Of a stretch of 49,885 nucleotides of DNA, positions 7,853 through 19,698 are shown piece after piece (position 1 is the stretch's first letter; each line of letters opens with the position of its first letter). The stretch is from an uncultured Acidimicrobiales bacterium. GTDB taxonomy: Bacteria; Actinomycetota; Acidimicrobiia; Acidimicrobiales; SHLQ01. Both the position numbers and the translations under genes were made by a program. Under the pieces are notes generated by a model. It was given only the letters and a program-made list of their open reading frames with translations, was not told where the DNA came from and searched no databases. The stretch spans positions 1-49,885 of the forward strand of contig CAYUKM010000001.1 of the NCBI GenBank assembly GCA_964445255.1, in the 5' to 3' direction.

Positions 7853-8914
7853 TCAGCTTGAAGACGCGTGGCTGGTGGGTAAGTGTTTCTCGACCATCGA
7901 CCACAAGCTCCTGCGCTTCTCGACCACCACTGAGCGCTCAAGGAACGCAAATGACAGTGCACCGACCGGGATCGGCAACCAGAAATTTGCGAGGCGATAT
8001 GTCACTACGGCGACCGAGGCGATCGCCGCTGGCGTTCCAAACCCCACCAGGGTCGGAATGAGTACGGCCTCGATGACACCCAAGCCGCCCGGACTAACAG
8101 GAATCGCAGCGAGTAGGTTGGCTAAGCCGTGCGCGATGAGCACACCAACAACACTGGGGCGCTGCCCAAATGCGGTGAGCGTCACCCACAAAGCAGCCGC
8201 GTCGAACAGCCAATTCGCGGCGGCGAGCACAATGACCCTTTGAACTCGCTTTGGATCGCTCGCCAAGGTGACGAGCTGCGCTTCGATATCGAGCACCGGT
8301 TGGCGCACCCGCTCGGGATCGACTTTGGGGATCCGGCCGATCCAGTCTGCGATGCGGTTCGCAAACGCCGCGCGTCCGCGGAGCATCCCAACGACCACGG
8401 CGGTGAACCCGCCGATCAATACCACTCCAACGATTGCGGCGGTGCCAAAGAACGGATTGAAGCCGTTCGTCGGTATGGCAACAACGAGCGCTATCCAAAG
8501 GACCAGGTTGAGCACCACGGCTGACCCAATTGCTTGCGTGCCGAGAGCAAAAGCAAGTTCGTTACGCGGGACTCCGGCGCGCCCCAAGAGCCGGTAATTC
8601 ACTGCTGCGGTGGTAGCTGCTCCACCCGGAACGACATGGTTCACCCCCGTCGAAGCCAAGACAGCCCCGAAGGTGGTGCCGAGTCCTGGTCGGTGTTCAG
8701 GCGGAAGAAGCAGTTGCGTTAGTCGGGCATAAACCAAGAACGCTATCCCTTCCAAAATCACGACGATAAAGAGCAACAACGGGCTCACCGTCCCGATGAC
8801 GTTCAGCGCCTCTCGGGCACCACCGACCTGGGGAAGGATGAAGAAGTGGAAGACCAGCGCGAATCCCACGAGCTTCGCAACACGTTTGGCAGGGCCGCTG
8901 CGTTTGGAACTCAT
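7853..8914 (-). CDS. UPF0104 / lysylphosphatidylglycerol-synthase-TM-like (flippase-like) membrane protein
   Basis: 353 aa polytopic membrane protein. The call rests on overall resemblance only. Confidence 0.45.
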   Translation of the reverse strand: MSSKRSGPAKRVAKLVGFALVFHFFILPQVGGAREALNVIGTVSPLLLFIVVILEGIAFLVYARLTQLLLPPEHRPGLGTTFGAVLASTGVNHVVPGGAATTAAVNYRLLGRAGVPRNELAFALGTQAIGSAVVLNLVLWIALVVAIPTNGFNPFFGTAAIVGVVLIGGFTAVVVGMLRGRAAFANRIADWIGRIPKVDPERVRQPVLDIEAQLVTLASDPKRVQRVIVLAAANWLFDAAALWVTLTAFGQRPSVVGVLIAHGLANLLAAIPVSPGGLGVIEAVLIPTLVGFGTPAAIASVAVVTYRLANFWLPIPVGALSFAFLERSVVVEKRRSLWSMVEKHLPTSHASSS

Positions 8915-8975
8915 AGGCTTCCTGCCATTCGATCTGTCGATTACCTGGTTCGATGTTCCAGGAGAACGACCCGGA

Positions 8976-10049
8976 TCACGGCGTGGAGACAGTGCTCAGC
9001 GCTTCGAAGCTCTCGAATCGCAGCGTTCTATAGCGGTCATACACCGTGACGATGAATGCGAGAAGCAACAACAAAAACCAGGTGAAGAGAACGCCGGGGT
9101 CGTCATCGACGACATGCACAGGCAACAGGCCGAGCGCAACGACGATGCCGACATTGGTTACGCCGCTATACGCGAACGAGGTAACCCGTTGCCATGAATC
9201 TCGATGACTAGCGACCCACTGTTCCGCGAAGGATGTCGCGACGATGACCGCCCCCACGCCGATCATGACTTCGACCACTCCAGCATCGTTGTCGTCCACG
9301 AGCTGCAAGAAGATGACAATCACCAACGAAACGAGGCATGTTTTCTCGATCAACGGATGTTCGAGCAGCCGCAACTTACCGGTCGGGCGATCAGCTGCGT
9401 GATCGACCACGGTGGTTGCGTGGGCGTTGACTCGAAATGTTGGTTGCCAATCAGCGGGTGGAAGTGTTGCCCACCAGCGCTTCAGATAAACAGCGGCAAC
9501 GACACCAAGCACGACCAGGGCCAGCAGAATTCCCGGGTTTTCACTCAGGACCTCAGTCGCATCCAGCTGCAAGATATGAATCCAGAACTCCTGTGGAAGT
9601 TTGATGAAAACCCAGATCGCCGCAGCGGCGCCCACAACTGTCTTTCGGCGTAGTGAGGATGGATCCCAACACACCCGCACCATCTCGTAGAAGATGAAGA
9701 AGAATTCGAACGTATTCGGGAAGATCAAAAGCAGCGCTCTCGCACCACTCAGCTCGAAGGCCGCTACTCCAACCAACCGGTAGTACCAAAGGAACTGCGC
9801 AACACGAAAAGCTACGCCGTCGGTCCAATTGCGCAGGGTCGAGAGGTAGGCAATCGCCAGGTAATAGATGTCGAGTGCCTTATCAAATTGCTGGTAGTTG
9901 TCCGGCTCAGAATCGAATGCCGCGAACACGGTCTGATCGGCCGCGTCGATGATCAAGGCAGCAATTACACCTGGCAAGGGGAACCGTGGAATCGAAAGCG
10001 GCACCAGCAATCGCAAAGCGACGATGACTACGAAAAGTAGGCCTTCCAT
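8976..10049 (-). CDS. Polytopic membrane protein, function unknown
   Basis: 357-aa ORF with multiple hydrophobic segments and coding-like composition. No motif recognised. Confidence 0.5.
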   Translation of the reverse strand: MEGLLFVVIVALRLLVPLSIPRFPLPGVIAALIIDAADQTVFAAFDSEPDNYQQFDKALDIYYLAIAYLSTLRNWTDGVAFRVAQFLWYYRLVGVAAFELSGARALLLIFPNTFEFFFIFYEMVRVCWDPSSLRRKTVVGAAAAIWVFIKLPQEFWIHILQLDATEVLSENPGILLALVVLGVVAAVYLKRWWATLPPADWQPTFRVNAHATTVVDHAADRPTGKLRLLEHPLIEKTCLVSLVIVIFLQLVDDNDAGVVEVMIGVGAVIVATSFAEQWVASHRDSWQRVTSFAYSGVTNVGIVVALGLLPVHVVDDDPGVLFTWFLLLLLAFIVTVYDRYRTLRFESFEALSTVSTP

Positions 10050-10170
10050 CTAAGCCAACTTACAACATGCGCCGCAACTTGTTGCGACCGATTACACCGA
10101 CCATGCACCATTGGTACCACTAGATATCGGAAGTGCCATCTCGTTGCTGATGACTTAACATCTTCACAGC

Positions 10171-11529
10171 ATGGAAGAGGACAACAAAACCACTGAGATT
10201 AGTTTGGCATCAGCGGCCTCTATTGGCATTGGTGGCATGGTTGGGGCCGGCATTTTCGCCATTCTTGGGTTGGCTGCCACGACCACGCGGGGCGCAGTTC
10301 CGATCGCCTTTGTGATCGGCGGTGTGATCGCACTCGTAACCGCGCATTGTTACGGCAAGCTCTCGGTCGCATTCCCCGACCGCGGCGGCACCGTTGCCTA
10401 CATCGATCGCGGCTTTGGGCCCTCTGCGTTCACGGGGATCATCAACGTGTTGCTCGTGCTTTCCTACATCGTGATGGTGGGCTTCTACGCGTCGGCCTTC
10501 GGGCGGTTCGGCGCGAGCTTCTTCAACGACTCCAATTTCTGGCGACACGTACTGATCACTGGGATCGTCTTTGCTCTTGCGGTCGTCAACGTCGTCGGCA
10601 CCGGGCTTGTCGTGAAATACGGAAACCTTGCGAACACGGTGAAGTTGCTGCTTCTTGCCGGCTTCATCGTAATCGGGCTCCTCGGCGGCGACGTCGACTT
10701 CGAACGCTTCGCCCCAAGCGAATGGGTCGGACCGGTAACGCTGATCGCCGGCGCGATGGTGATCTTCCTCAACTACGAGGGGTTCGAGATGATCGCCAAC
10801 GTGTCGAGTGATGTGCCAGAAGAGAAACGGGCAAAGGTCATGCCGCAGGCGTTCTACAGCTCAGTGCTTCTCGTGATCGTCCTCTATGTGTTGATCTCGA
10901 TCGTGGCGGTCGGCTCGCTGTCGCCCACCGTGATTCAGACCGCTGGCGAGTTTGCGCTCGCGGAAGCAGCCGAAAGCATGATCGGGCAAGCGGGATTCAC
11001 TATCATCGTCGTGGCAGCGTTGCTTGCCACCTCATCGGCAATCAACGCCACGCTGTTCTCCTCTGCCCGCATCACCTTCTCGCTCGCCCACGATCGAGAG
11101 ATTCCCAAGGAACTCGGCTCGCTCGTTCGTGAACAACCTCTGCCGGCGTTGCTGTTCGTATGCATCTCGGGAACTCTGCTCGCCAACTTGGTCTCGATCG
11201 ATGTCATTGCGGCGATGGGAAGCGGAGGCTTTCTCCTCACCTTCGCTGCGGTAAACGTCGCGTCGATACGACTCTCGACAAACATTGGTGTAAACCGGCT
11301 CATCCCCATAGTCGGAACCATCCTGTGTCTCACCGCAATCGTCGTACTGTTCACCCAGGTCGGAAGACTCGAACTGATCCTGTTTGTTGGCATGGTCGTT
11401 GCCTCGATAATCATCGAGCTGATCGCCCGCACTCAGGGGTCTGGTATCACTATGCGCTACCGGCCGCACTTGTACGCATCGGCGAAACAATCTCCGAAGA
11501 GTTCACCGGACTCCAAACCTAAGCCCTGA
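10171..11529 (+). CDS. APC-superfamily amino acid permease
   Basis: 452 aa, about 12 hydrophobic segments. N-terminal GIGGMVGAGIFA motif typical of APC transporters. Confidence 0.75.
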   Translation: MEEDNKTTEISLASAASIGIGGMVGAGIFAILGLAATTTRGAVPIAFVIGGVIALVTAHCYGKLSVAFPDRGGTVAYIDRGFGPSAFTGIINVLLVLSYIVMVGFYASAFGRFGASFFNDSNFWRHVLITGIVFALAVVNVVGTGLVVKYGNLANTVKLLLLAGFIVIGLLGGDVDFERFAPSEWVGPVTLIAGAMVIFLNYEGFEMIANVSSDVPEEKRAKVMPQAFYSSVLLVIVLYVLISIVAVGSLSPTVIQTAGEFALAEAAESMIGQAGFTIIVVAALLATSSAINATLFSSARITFSLAHDREIPKELGSLVREQPLPALLFVCISGTLLANLVSIDVIAAMGSGGFLLTFAAVNVASIRLSTNIGVNRLIPIVGTILCLTAIVVLFTQVGRLELILFVGMVVASIIIELIARTQGSGITMRYRPHLYASAKQSPKSSPDSKPKP

Positions 11530-11536
11530 ACAAGGC

Positions 11537-13855
11537 TCAAGAAGCAGTGCGGCGCGGGTTCAAGACGATAAGAACCCCGGCCGCCGCGCTCGCAATTGCC
11601 GCAATCGTCCACGGCATTCCGCCCATCGTTTCGAGTTCGAAGAATTGACGAAGCGACGGCACGAAGAACACCAAGGCGTACCCACCGGCCATTGCCGCTA
11701 CGAGCAGCAGCTTCCATGCCTTTAGCGGCCGGCTGGCGACCAGGAGCACAACGAGTCCAATGGCGAGAAGCGTGACCGTGGCAAGAGTTCTTGCCTCGTC
11801 GATCCCGATGTCGGTGGAGCGGCGGGCGAACTCATAGGCAGCAAATGTTGCGGCCCCGGCGGCGACACCGGCTGGCAGGGAGAACCGCAGCACACGTGGC
11901 AAGAACCCGCCACGCACGCGATCGACTTCGGGAGCAAGCGCAAGAAAGAACCCGGGCAGGCCAATGCTGAATGTTCCGATCAAGGTGAGCTGGCGAGGCA
12001 GAAACGGGAAGGGCGAGCCAACGATGCCTACCAAGACCGTAAGCAGCACTGCGTAGACAGCCTTGGTCACGAAGAGGTTCGCGACACGCTCAACATTGTT
12101 GATGACCTTGCGACCTTCATTGACAACCACCGGCAGCGTTGCGAACGCATTGTCGGTCAACACGAGATCGGCGGCCGAGCGACTCGCTGCACTGCCTGAT
12201 CCCATCGCGATTCCGAGGTTCGCATCCTTGAGAGCGAGCACATCGTTCACTCCGTCGCCAGTCATCGCAACCACGTGGCCGCGCTCTTGGAGCGCCTTTA
12301 CCATCTCTTGTTTCTGCCGAGGAGCGACTCGACCAAAGACCGTGCCCGCTTCCAGCGATGCTCCGACTTGGTCACGCGAGTCGCTGAGCTCTCGGGCATC
12401 GATGGGTGAGCTAAGCATGGTGACACCTGCGCGCTCGGCAATTGCGGCCACCGTCTCGGGGTTATCGCCCGAGATGACCTTGATCGTGACGTTCTGATCG
12501 GCGAAGTATTGCAGCGTGTCCTGAGCATCGGGGCGGATTTCGTCCTCAAGTTCAATAATCGCCATCGTTTCGAGTTCGCCTGGAGCCGAGTCGCCGGTCG
12601 GCCCTTCGTGCGATGCCGCAAGCGCAACGAGCCGCTTCCCCGCAGCGCTTCGTTGCTCGACGATCGACCGACTCGGGTCTTGCTCGGAGAGGAGAACATC
12701 GGGGGCTCCGAGATAGAACCAGCCACGGTCGAGGAAACAGACCGCTGACCATTTTCTGGCACTGGAGAACGGTTCGATTGTTTGGGGCTCCCAGCCGGGC
12801 GAAGCACCAACAGCGGGAGCGATCGCCGCCATGGTGGCGTTAGGTGCTTCGTCGACAGCTGCCATTGCCGCCAGCGCGTTATGGGCTTGTCGCTCCGACC
12901 ATCCTGAGGCCAGGTGTGTCGCGCCGTAGGCGATCTCGCCGGTGGTTATCGTGCCGGTCTTGTCGAGACACAGAACATCGACTCGGGCCAAAACCTCGAC
13001 CGTAGAGAGTTCCGAAGCGAGCGCGTTTCGCCGGGTGAGTTCCAGCACACCAGCAACGAACGCCAAACTGGTCAGCAGCACAAGTCCGTCCGGCACCATG
13101 GCAACCGCTGCAGCGACAGTGCCTTGCAGAGCATCCTGCCATCGCTCTTCGATGTCGAGCAGGACAAGCAACAACAGGATCGAACTGATCGGGATGATTA
13201 CCGTGAGCCACTTCAAGATGACGTTCACCGCTGCTCGCAACTCAGACTCTGCGGCCCGGAACGTTTTTGCTTCGGCGGTCAATCCGGCGGCGAAGCTATC
13301 GGCGCCAACCGCGGTAGCGCGCATGGTGCCGGTTCCGGCAACGACGAAGCTGCCCGAGTGCGCTTCGTCACCGAGAGCCTTTGGGACAGGTAGCGACTCG
13401 CCGGTCAGTTCGGATTCGTCGAGCTGTAAACCAGTCGCGGAGAGGATTTCCCCGTCGACGGGAAGCTGGCCGCCAGCGCTGAGAACGACAACATCGTCGA
13501 GGACGATTTCAGGTACTTCGATCGTGACACGGGAACCGTTGCGGATGACGGTTGCATCCGGCTGGGTCAGGACCTGAAGTCGAGCGAGCTCTCGCCGGGC
13601 CTTGATCTCCTGGGCGATACCCAAGATGCTGTTCGAAACCACCACGCCGACAAAGAGACCGTCTTGCACATGCCCCGAGATAACAATGAGAACAAAGAGG
13701 ACGATCATGATCGCGTTCACCGGCGTGAGGACGTTCAACCCAACGATTTGGGCGACTGAACGGCCCTCCGGCTCGGAAAATTCGTTGGTCTTGCCCTCGC
13801 TGCGCCGCTGAGCAACCTCGGCGTCGGAGAGACCGACTATCTCCGCGCTACTCAA
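11537..13855 (-). CDS. Cation-translocating P-type ATPase (P2-like; no N-terminal heavy-metal-binding domain, no CPx motif)
   Basis: 772 aa with DKTGTIT phosphorylation motif, MTGDGVNDVLALKDANLGIAMG hinge and MVPDGL in a TM helix. Its start overlaps the anti-sigma stop by 4 nt. Confidence 0.85.
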   Translation of the reverse strand: MSSAEIVGLSDAEVAQRRSEGKTNEFSEPEGRSVAQIVGLNVLTPVNAIMIVLFVLIVISGHVQDGLFVGVVVSNSILGIAQEIKARRELARLQVLTQPDATVIRNGSRVTIEVPEIVLDDVVVLSAGGQLPVDGEILSATGLQLDESELTGESLPVPKALGDEAHSGSFVVAGTGTMRATAVGADSFAAGLTAEAKTFRAAESELRAAVNVILKWLTVIIPISSILLLLVLLDIEERWQDALQGTVAAAVAMVPDGLVLLTSLAFVAGVLELTRRNALASELSTVEVLARVDVLCLDKTGTITTGEIAYGATHLASGWSERQAHNALAAMAAVDEAPNATMAAIAPAVGASPGWEPQTIEPFSSARKWSAVCFLDRGWFYLGAPDVLLSEQDPSRSIVEQRSAAGKRLVALAASHEGPTGDSAPGELETMAIIELEDEIRPDAQDTLQYFADQNVTIKVISGDNPETVAAIAERAGVTMLSSPIDARELSDSRDQVGASLEAGTVFGRVAPRQKQEMVKALQERGHVVAMTGDGVNDVLALKDANLGIAMGSGSAASRSAADLVLTDNAFATLPVVVNEGRKVINNVERVANLFVTKAVYAVLLTVLVGIVGSPFPFLPRQLTLIGTFSIGLPGFFLALAPEVDRVRGGFLPRVLRFSLPAGVAAGAATFAAYEFARRSTDIGIDEARTLATVTLLAIGLVVLLVASRPLKAWKLLLVAAMAGGYALVFFVPSLRQFFELETMGGMPWTIAAIASAAAGVLIVLNPRRTAS

Positions 13856-14172
13856 CGACGCTCAGATCGGTTTGAAGGCATGGCTTTACGTTGTGCGACC
13901 AACATCGAGAGTTGAGCTAAATTGCCGGGCGGTTCCGCGGGCTCGTGTCGCCCGGCCGCAGCGGTGAGCTCCATCGTTACCCGTATCTGGGCAAAGAATA
14001 TGGTGCAGCCATTGCAGCCGTCGAGATGGCGTTGGATCGCCTCACGGTCGTGGGCATCGAGCGCATCGTCGAGATAGTGGGTGACGAGCTCGACCACTTC
14101 GACACAGCGCAGTGCTAACGGATTGTCTATGAGGTCGTTTGGGAGGTCGGTGGGCTCAGGCGGCGGTGTCAT
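13852..14172 (-). CDS. Cytoplasmic ZAS-type (HxxxCxxC) anti-sigma factor
   Basis: 106 aa with no TM segment. RHLDGCNGC plus an upstream Cys (ALRCVEV), RsrA/RshA-like arrangement. Overlaps the sigma gene by 17 nt. Confidence 0.65.
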   Translation of the reverse strand: MTPPPEPTDLPNDLIDNPLALRCVEVVELVTHYLDDALDAHDREAIQRHLDGCNGCTIFFAQIRVTMELTAAAGRHEPAEPPGNLAQLSMLVAQRKAMPSNRSERR

Positions 14173-14812
14173 AGTATTCCTCCACCTTCGAGCGCACCGA
14201 TGCTCGAGCGCGGTGCAACAAGACTCGCTGGTTGACCGCGGTTATTCCGAGCGCTTCGCACACGTCGGCTGCGGGCCATTGTTGTACATCTCGGAGTTGC
14301 ACGACTTCACGCTGAGACGATGGAAGCTCGTCGATTGCGTCGCGGACGATCGAGAGCACTTCGTTGCTCTCGATCTCTTCAGAAGGTGTATCTGTCCACG
14401 GCGTTGGAGGTAGCACCCAATCGCTGCCCTGAAGGATGCGATCCCCGAATCGCTCGGGTTCAACCGACGGCATTGCGCCATCTTCTGCAAGGCCGAGTGC
14501 AGCAAAAGGCACGATCTTTGATTCTCGGCCAGCGAGCGTGCGAACCTTGTTCAACATGATTCGATAGATCCAGGTCTTTAGCGAGGAGCGACCTTCGAAC
14601 GAATCCAGCGACTTGACCACCGCAGCCCACGTTTCTTGCACTACTTCTTCGGCAAGAGCGTTAGCTACATATGTTCGTGCAAGACCTCGCAACCCTGGAG
14701 TTAGCTCGGTCACGAGAGCTTCAAAGGCAGCGCTATCGCCTCCACGGATGGCGTCGAGCGTGGTTGGATCAGAACTTGGTAACGGATCATCGATGTTCGG
14801 TGTAACAACCAT
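14156..14812 (-). CDS. ECF-type sigma-70 family factor
   Basis: Region 2 (AEEVVQETWAAVVKSLDSF.....LKTWIYRIMLN) and region 4 (LPSSQREVVQLRDVQQWPAADVCEALGITAVNQRVLLHRAR). Start is uncertain (14812, 14842 or 14860). Confidence 0.8.
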   Translation of the reverse strand: MVVTPNIDDPLPSSDPTTLDAIRGGDSAAFEALVTELTPGLRGLARTYVANALAEEVVQETWAAVVKSLDSFEGRSSLKTWIYRIMLNKVRTLAGRESKIVPFAALGLAEDGAMPSVEPERFGDRILQGSDWVLPPTPWTDTPSEEIESNEVLSIVRDAIDELPSSQREVVQLRDVQQWPAADVCEALGITAVNQRVLLHRARASVRSKVEEYYDTAA

Positions 14813-14930
14813 GGCGTTCGATTGTCTATCACATAGCGGCATAGCAAATAGCCGCCCCACCTGAGGAGTACATTGCGATTATCGACGATCTCATCTCTTC
14901 ACATAGCAAGCACGAAGCAGAGGTAACACT

Positions 14931-16424
14931 ATGAGCGCAACCGACGTGAAAGATTCCGTAGCACCGGGAGAGCCGGAGCTTTCCTCTTCGTTTGCCGAGC
15001 GCTTTCCTGAGCTGGGCGCCGAGTCGAAGGCTATCGATGCCCCAGCGCCCGAGCCGGTCATCGTCAACGACGCCCTCGCGGAGTTTCTCGGCATCGACGT
15101 CGATTGGCTCAACAGCGACGACGGCACCGCGTTTCTCGCGGGTATCAAATTGCCCGCTGGTTCAGCCCCGATCGCCATGGCCTACGCCGGACATCAGTTC
15201 GGCGGGTACTCCCCTGTGCTCGGTGATGGCAGGGCCATTCTCATCGGCGAGGTCGCCGATGCAGACGGAGAGCTAGAAGACATTCATCTCAAAGGGTCCG
15301 GCCGCACGCCGTTCTCTCGCGGAGGCGACGGGCTAGCCACGTTGCCAGCCATGTTGCGCGAATACCTCATGGCCGAAGCCATGCACGCACTGGCGGTCCC
15401 AACCTCGCGGGGCCTCGGCGTAGTGACGACGGGCTTGGGTGTCCGGCGCGAGAAGATCGAAGCCGGAGCCGTGCTCGCACGAGTGGCACGCAGCCACATA
15501 CGTGTGGGGACGTTCGAGTTCACCGCACGACGAGACCCCGAGCTTGTGCGCGAGCTTGTCGACTATTCACTTGAACGCCACTACCCAGAGCTTGCCGATG
15601 CCGAAGTCCCAGCGCTTGCATTGCTCGAAGCTGTGGCCAACGCTCAGGCGAAGCTCATTGCGAAATGGATGCTCTTGGGCTTTGTGCACGGCGTCATGAA
15701 CACCGACAACGTGCTTATCTCCGGCGAGACCATCGATTACGGGCCATGTGCGTTCCTTGAGACCCACGACCCGGCGACCGTCTTTAGTTCAATCGATCGC
15801 CATGGTCGTTATGCATTCGGCAATCAGCCCGTGATTGGCCAGTGGAACCTTGCCCGCCTCGCCGAAACGCTGCTACCGCTGATCGATGACGATGGCGATG
15901 AAGCCGTAGCGAAGGCGACTATTGTCCTCGAGTCTTTCCCAGGACTCCTCAAAGAACATTGGCTCGAAGGCATGGCCTCCAAGATCGGACTCGTGGGACA
16001 GCACGACCAAGCCCTGGGTGCATTGGCCAGCGAATTGGTTGAAATGATGACCCGCTCCGAGGCAGACCACACTTTGACCTTCCGAGCGCTCGCCAAGGTG
16101 CTACGAGGCGAAACTCCATCCGACTTTGCACTCGCGTCCGACAGCGCCTGGGAGAACTGGTCACAACGTTGGCAAGATGCCCTGGGCGATGCGGACAAGA
16201 CCGAAGTCGCTGCGGCAATGGACGCCGTCAACCCGGTGTACATCCCGAGGAATCATCTGGTCGAAGAGGCGCTTAGCGCCGCCGGCGAGGGAAATTTGGA
16301 GCCGTTTCAGCAACTACTCGACGTCACGACGTCACCGTACGTCGAACGTGACGGGCTGGAACGCTACGGTGAACCCGCTCCAACCGGATTCACCGAGAGT
16401 TACCAGACCTTCTGCGGCACCTGA
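14931..16424 (+). CDS. selO: SelO/YdiU-family protein adenylyltransferase (Cys form)
   Basis: 497 aa with GHQFGGYSPVLGDGRAILIGE, HGVMNTDN and the C-terminal TFCGT. Confidence 0.85.
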   Translation: MSATDVKDSVAPGEPELSSSFAERFPELGAESKAIDAPAPEPVIVNDALAEFLGIDVDWLNSDDGTAFLAGIKLPAGSAPIAMAYAGHQFGGYSPVLGDGRAILIGEVADADGELEDIHLKGSGRTPFSRGGDGLATLPAMLREYLMAEAMHALAVPTSRGLGVVTTGLGVRREKIEAGAVLARVARSHIRVGTFEFTARRDPELVRELVDYSLERHYPELADAEVPALALLEAVANAQAKLIAKWMLLGFVHGVMNTDNVLISGETIDYGPCAFLETHDPATVFSSIDRHGRYAFGNQPVIGQWNLARLAETLLPLIDDDGDEAVAKATIVLESFPGLLKEHWLEGMASKIGLVGQHDQALGALASELVEMMTRSEADHTLTFRALAKVLRGETPSDFALASDSAWENWSQRWQDALGDADKTEVAAAMDAVNPVYIPRNHLVEEALSAAGEGNLEPFQQLLDVTTSPYVERDGLERYGEPAPTGFTESYQTFCGT

Positions 16425-16437
16425 GCCGACAAACAAG

Positions 16438-18426
<1,989 letters not shown>

Positions 18427-19119
18427 CTAGACACTCGCGATCCACTCGGGCATCTGCTCTCCGGCCTCGACAGCGATCGGCAGGTGGCTGACTTTGGGCG
18501 CAAGTGGGCACGGCCACTGCCGGTCCCACATGCATGACGGCTGGTAGGAGAAGTTGAAGTCGAGCACCAGTTGGTTTGGCCCTGGGCTCCCCAGGTCTGC
18601 CGATTTAGCGCCGTCCAAGAGGTATCGGCCGGCACCGTATGTCGAGGTTCCGCTCGTGGTGTCGCGGAATGGAAGGAGGAGCCCGCCACCGTAGGCGTCT
18701 AGCCAGAACAAGCCGAGTCGATGACTCACGCCATCGCGGTCAAACACGACCGAAGCAATTTGTGTAAATATCGACGAGCCGCCGGCTACCTTGGCCACCG
18801 TTTCCCCAACAGCCAATGGCTCTACCGTGCCAACAACGTTCCATGAAGGGTCATAGTCGAAATACGGCAGCGCGTTTGCGTCGAGACCATCTGGCTCCAT
18901 CAGGGGGCTTTCTGGATGGGTTAGGAAGAGTTCCCGGCGCCCGTCACGCCAGGCTTGCCAGCTCTTTGGGCCTACGCCCGCCTCTAGCACCTTGTCATAG
19001 AGCGCAGCGACCTTACGTCGGTAATCCACGAGCTTGAGCGCGTGGTCCATGAAGGCGGGATCACTCGGTATTTCAGCGTTGTCAGACATGGTTTTTTGTA
19101 TATCAGCCAGGAAATCCAA
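18427..19119 (-). CDS. DUF1684 domain protein
   Basis: LLLPFRDTTSGTSTYGAGRYLLD is the typical motif. The start may instead be ATG 19089. The stop TAG directly abuts the ATG of the next gene. Confidence 0.65.
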   Translation of the reverse strand: MDFLADIQKTMSDNAEIPSDPAFMDHALKLVDYRRKVAALYDKVLEAGVGPKSWQAWRDGRRELFLTHPESPLMEPDGLDANALPYFDYDPSWNVVGTVEPLAVGETVAKVAGGSSIFTQIASVVFDRDGVSHRLGLFWLDAYGGGLLLPFRDTTSGTSTYGAGRYLLDGAKSADLGSPGPNQLVLDFNFSYQPSCMWDRQWPCPLAPKVSHLPIAVEAGEQMPEWIASV

Positions 19120-19166
19120 GTGCAGGCCGTTCCGGCTATCGAATTAGGTTTGACAACCTACTGTCC

Positions 19167-19192
19167 GGGAATAGAACTAAGCATGGTGCGTT
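19167..19192 (+). promoter_or_regulatory. SigH/SigR-class promoter GGGAAT-N17-GTT upstream of hsp20
   Basis: GGGAAT (19167..19172), 17-nt spacer, cGTTg (19189..19193). dnaK has the same architecture upstream. Confidence 0.45.
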
Positions 19193-19199
19193 GAGAAAA

Positions 19200-19220
19200 C
19201 CTGAGTGAGATTCACTCAAG
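19200..19220. promoter_or_regulatory. HAIR (HspR-associated inverted repeat): cCTGAGT-GAGATTC-ACTCAAG
   Basis: Matches CTTGAGT-N7-ACTCAAG at 13/14 positions. It sits between the promoter and the hsp20 RBS (AAGGAGG at 19240). Confidence 0.6.
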
Positions 19221-19251
19221 TCCACTACCACTGTTTCCTAAGGAGGATGCA

Positions 19252-19686
19252 ATGCTTTTCCCCACCCACGATCCCTTCCGCGAGCTAGCTTCGAACGTAC
19301 GGGGCCTCGACTATGACGTCGTTCGGTCCGAGACCGGTGTTGTCTTGTCAATTGACATGCCCGGCATCGATCCATCAACTGTCGAGCTGACGGTCGAGGG
19401 ACGAAGCCTCACGCTTTCAGCCTCTCGCGAAAGCGTTATTCCAGAAGGTGCCCAGGTCGTTTCCCGACGCCGTCGCGATGGCTCGCTCAACCAGACCTTC
19501 CAGCTCGGAGAGCGACTCGATGCTGACAAGCTCGCCGCCGACTACAACTTCGGTGTGCTCACCGTGACGATCCCTGTCGCCGAGTCGGCCAAGCCCCGCA
19601 AGGTCGAGGTTGGCGTAGGTGCAGCTCCCGCCATCGACGCTACAGCTGAAGCTGTCGACGCCGCCGAGGCTGCCGACGCCCTATAG
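19252..19686 (+). CDS. Hsp20/alpha-crystallin family small heat-shock protein
   Basis: 144 aa with alpha-crystallin-domain motifs (LSIDMPGIDPSTVELTVEGRSLTLSA, GVLTVTIPV). Confidence 0.85.
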   Translation: MLFPTHDPFRELASNVRGLDYDVVRSETGVVLSIDMPGIDPSTVELTVEGRSLTLSASRESVIPEGAQVVSRRRRDGSLNQTFQLGERLDADKLAADYNFGVLTVTIPVAESAKPRKVEVGVGAAPAIDATAEAVDAAEAADAL

Positions 19687-19698
19687 CGGTCTAGCCCT

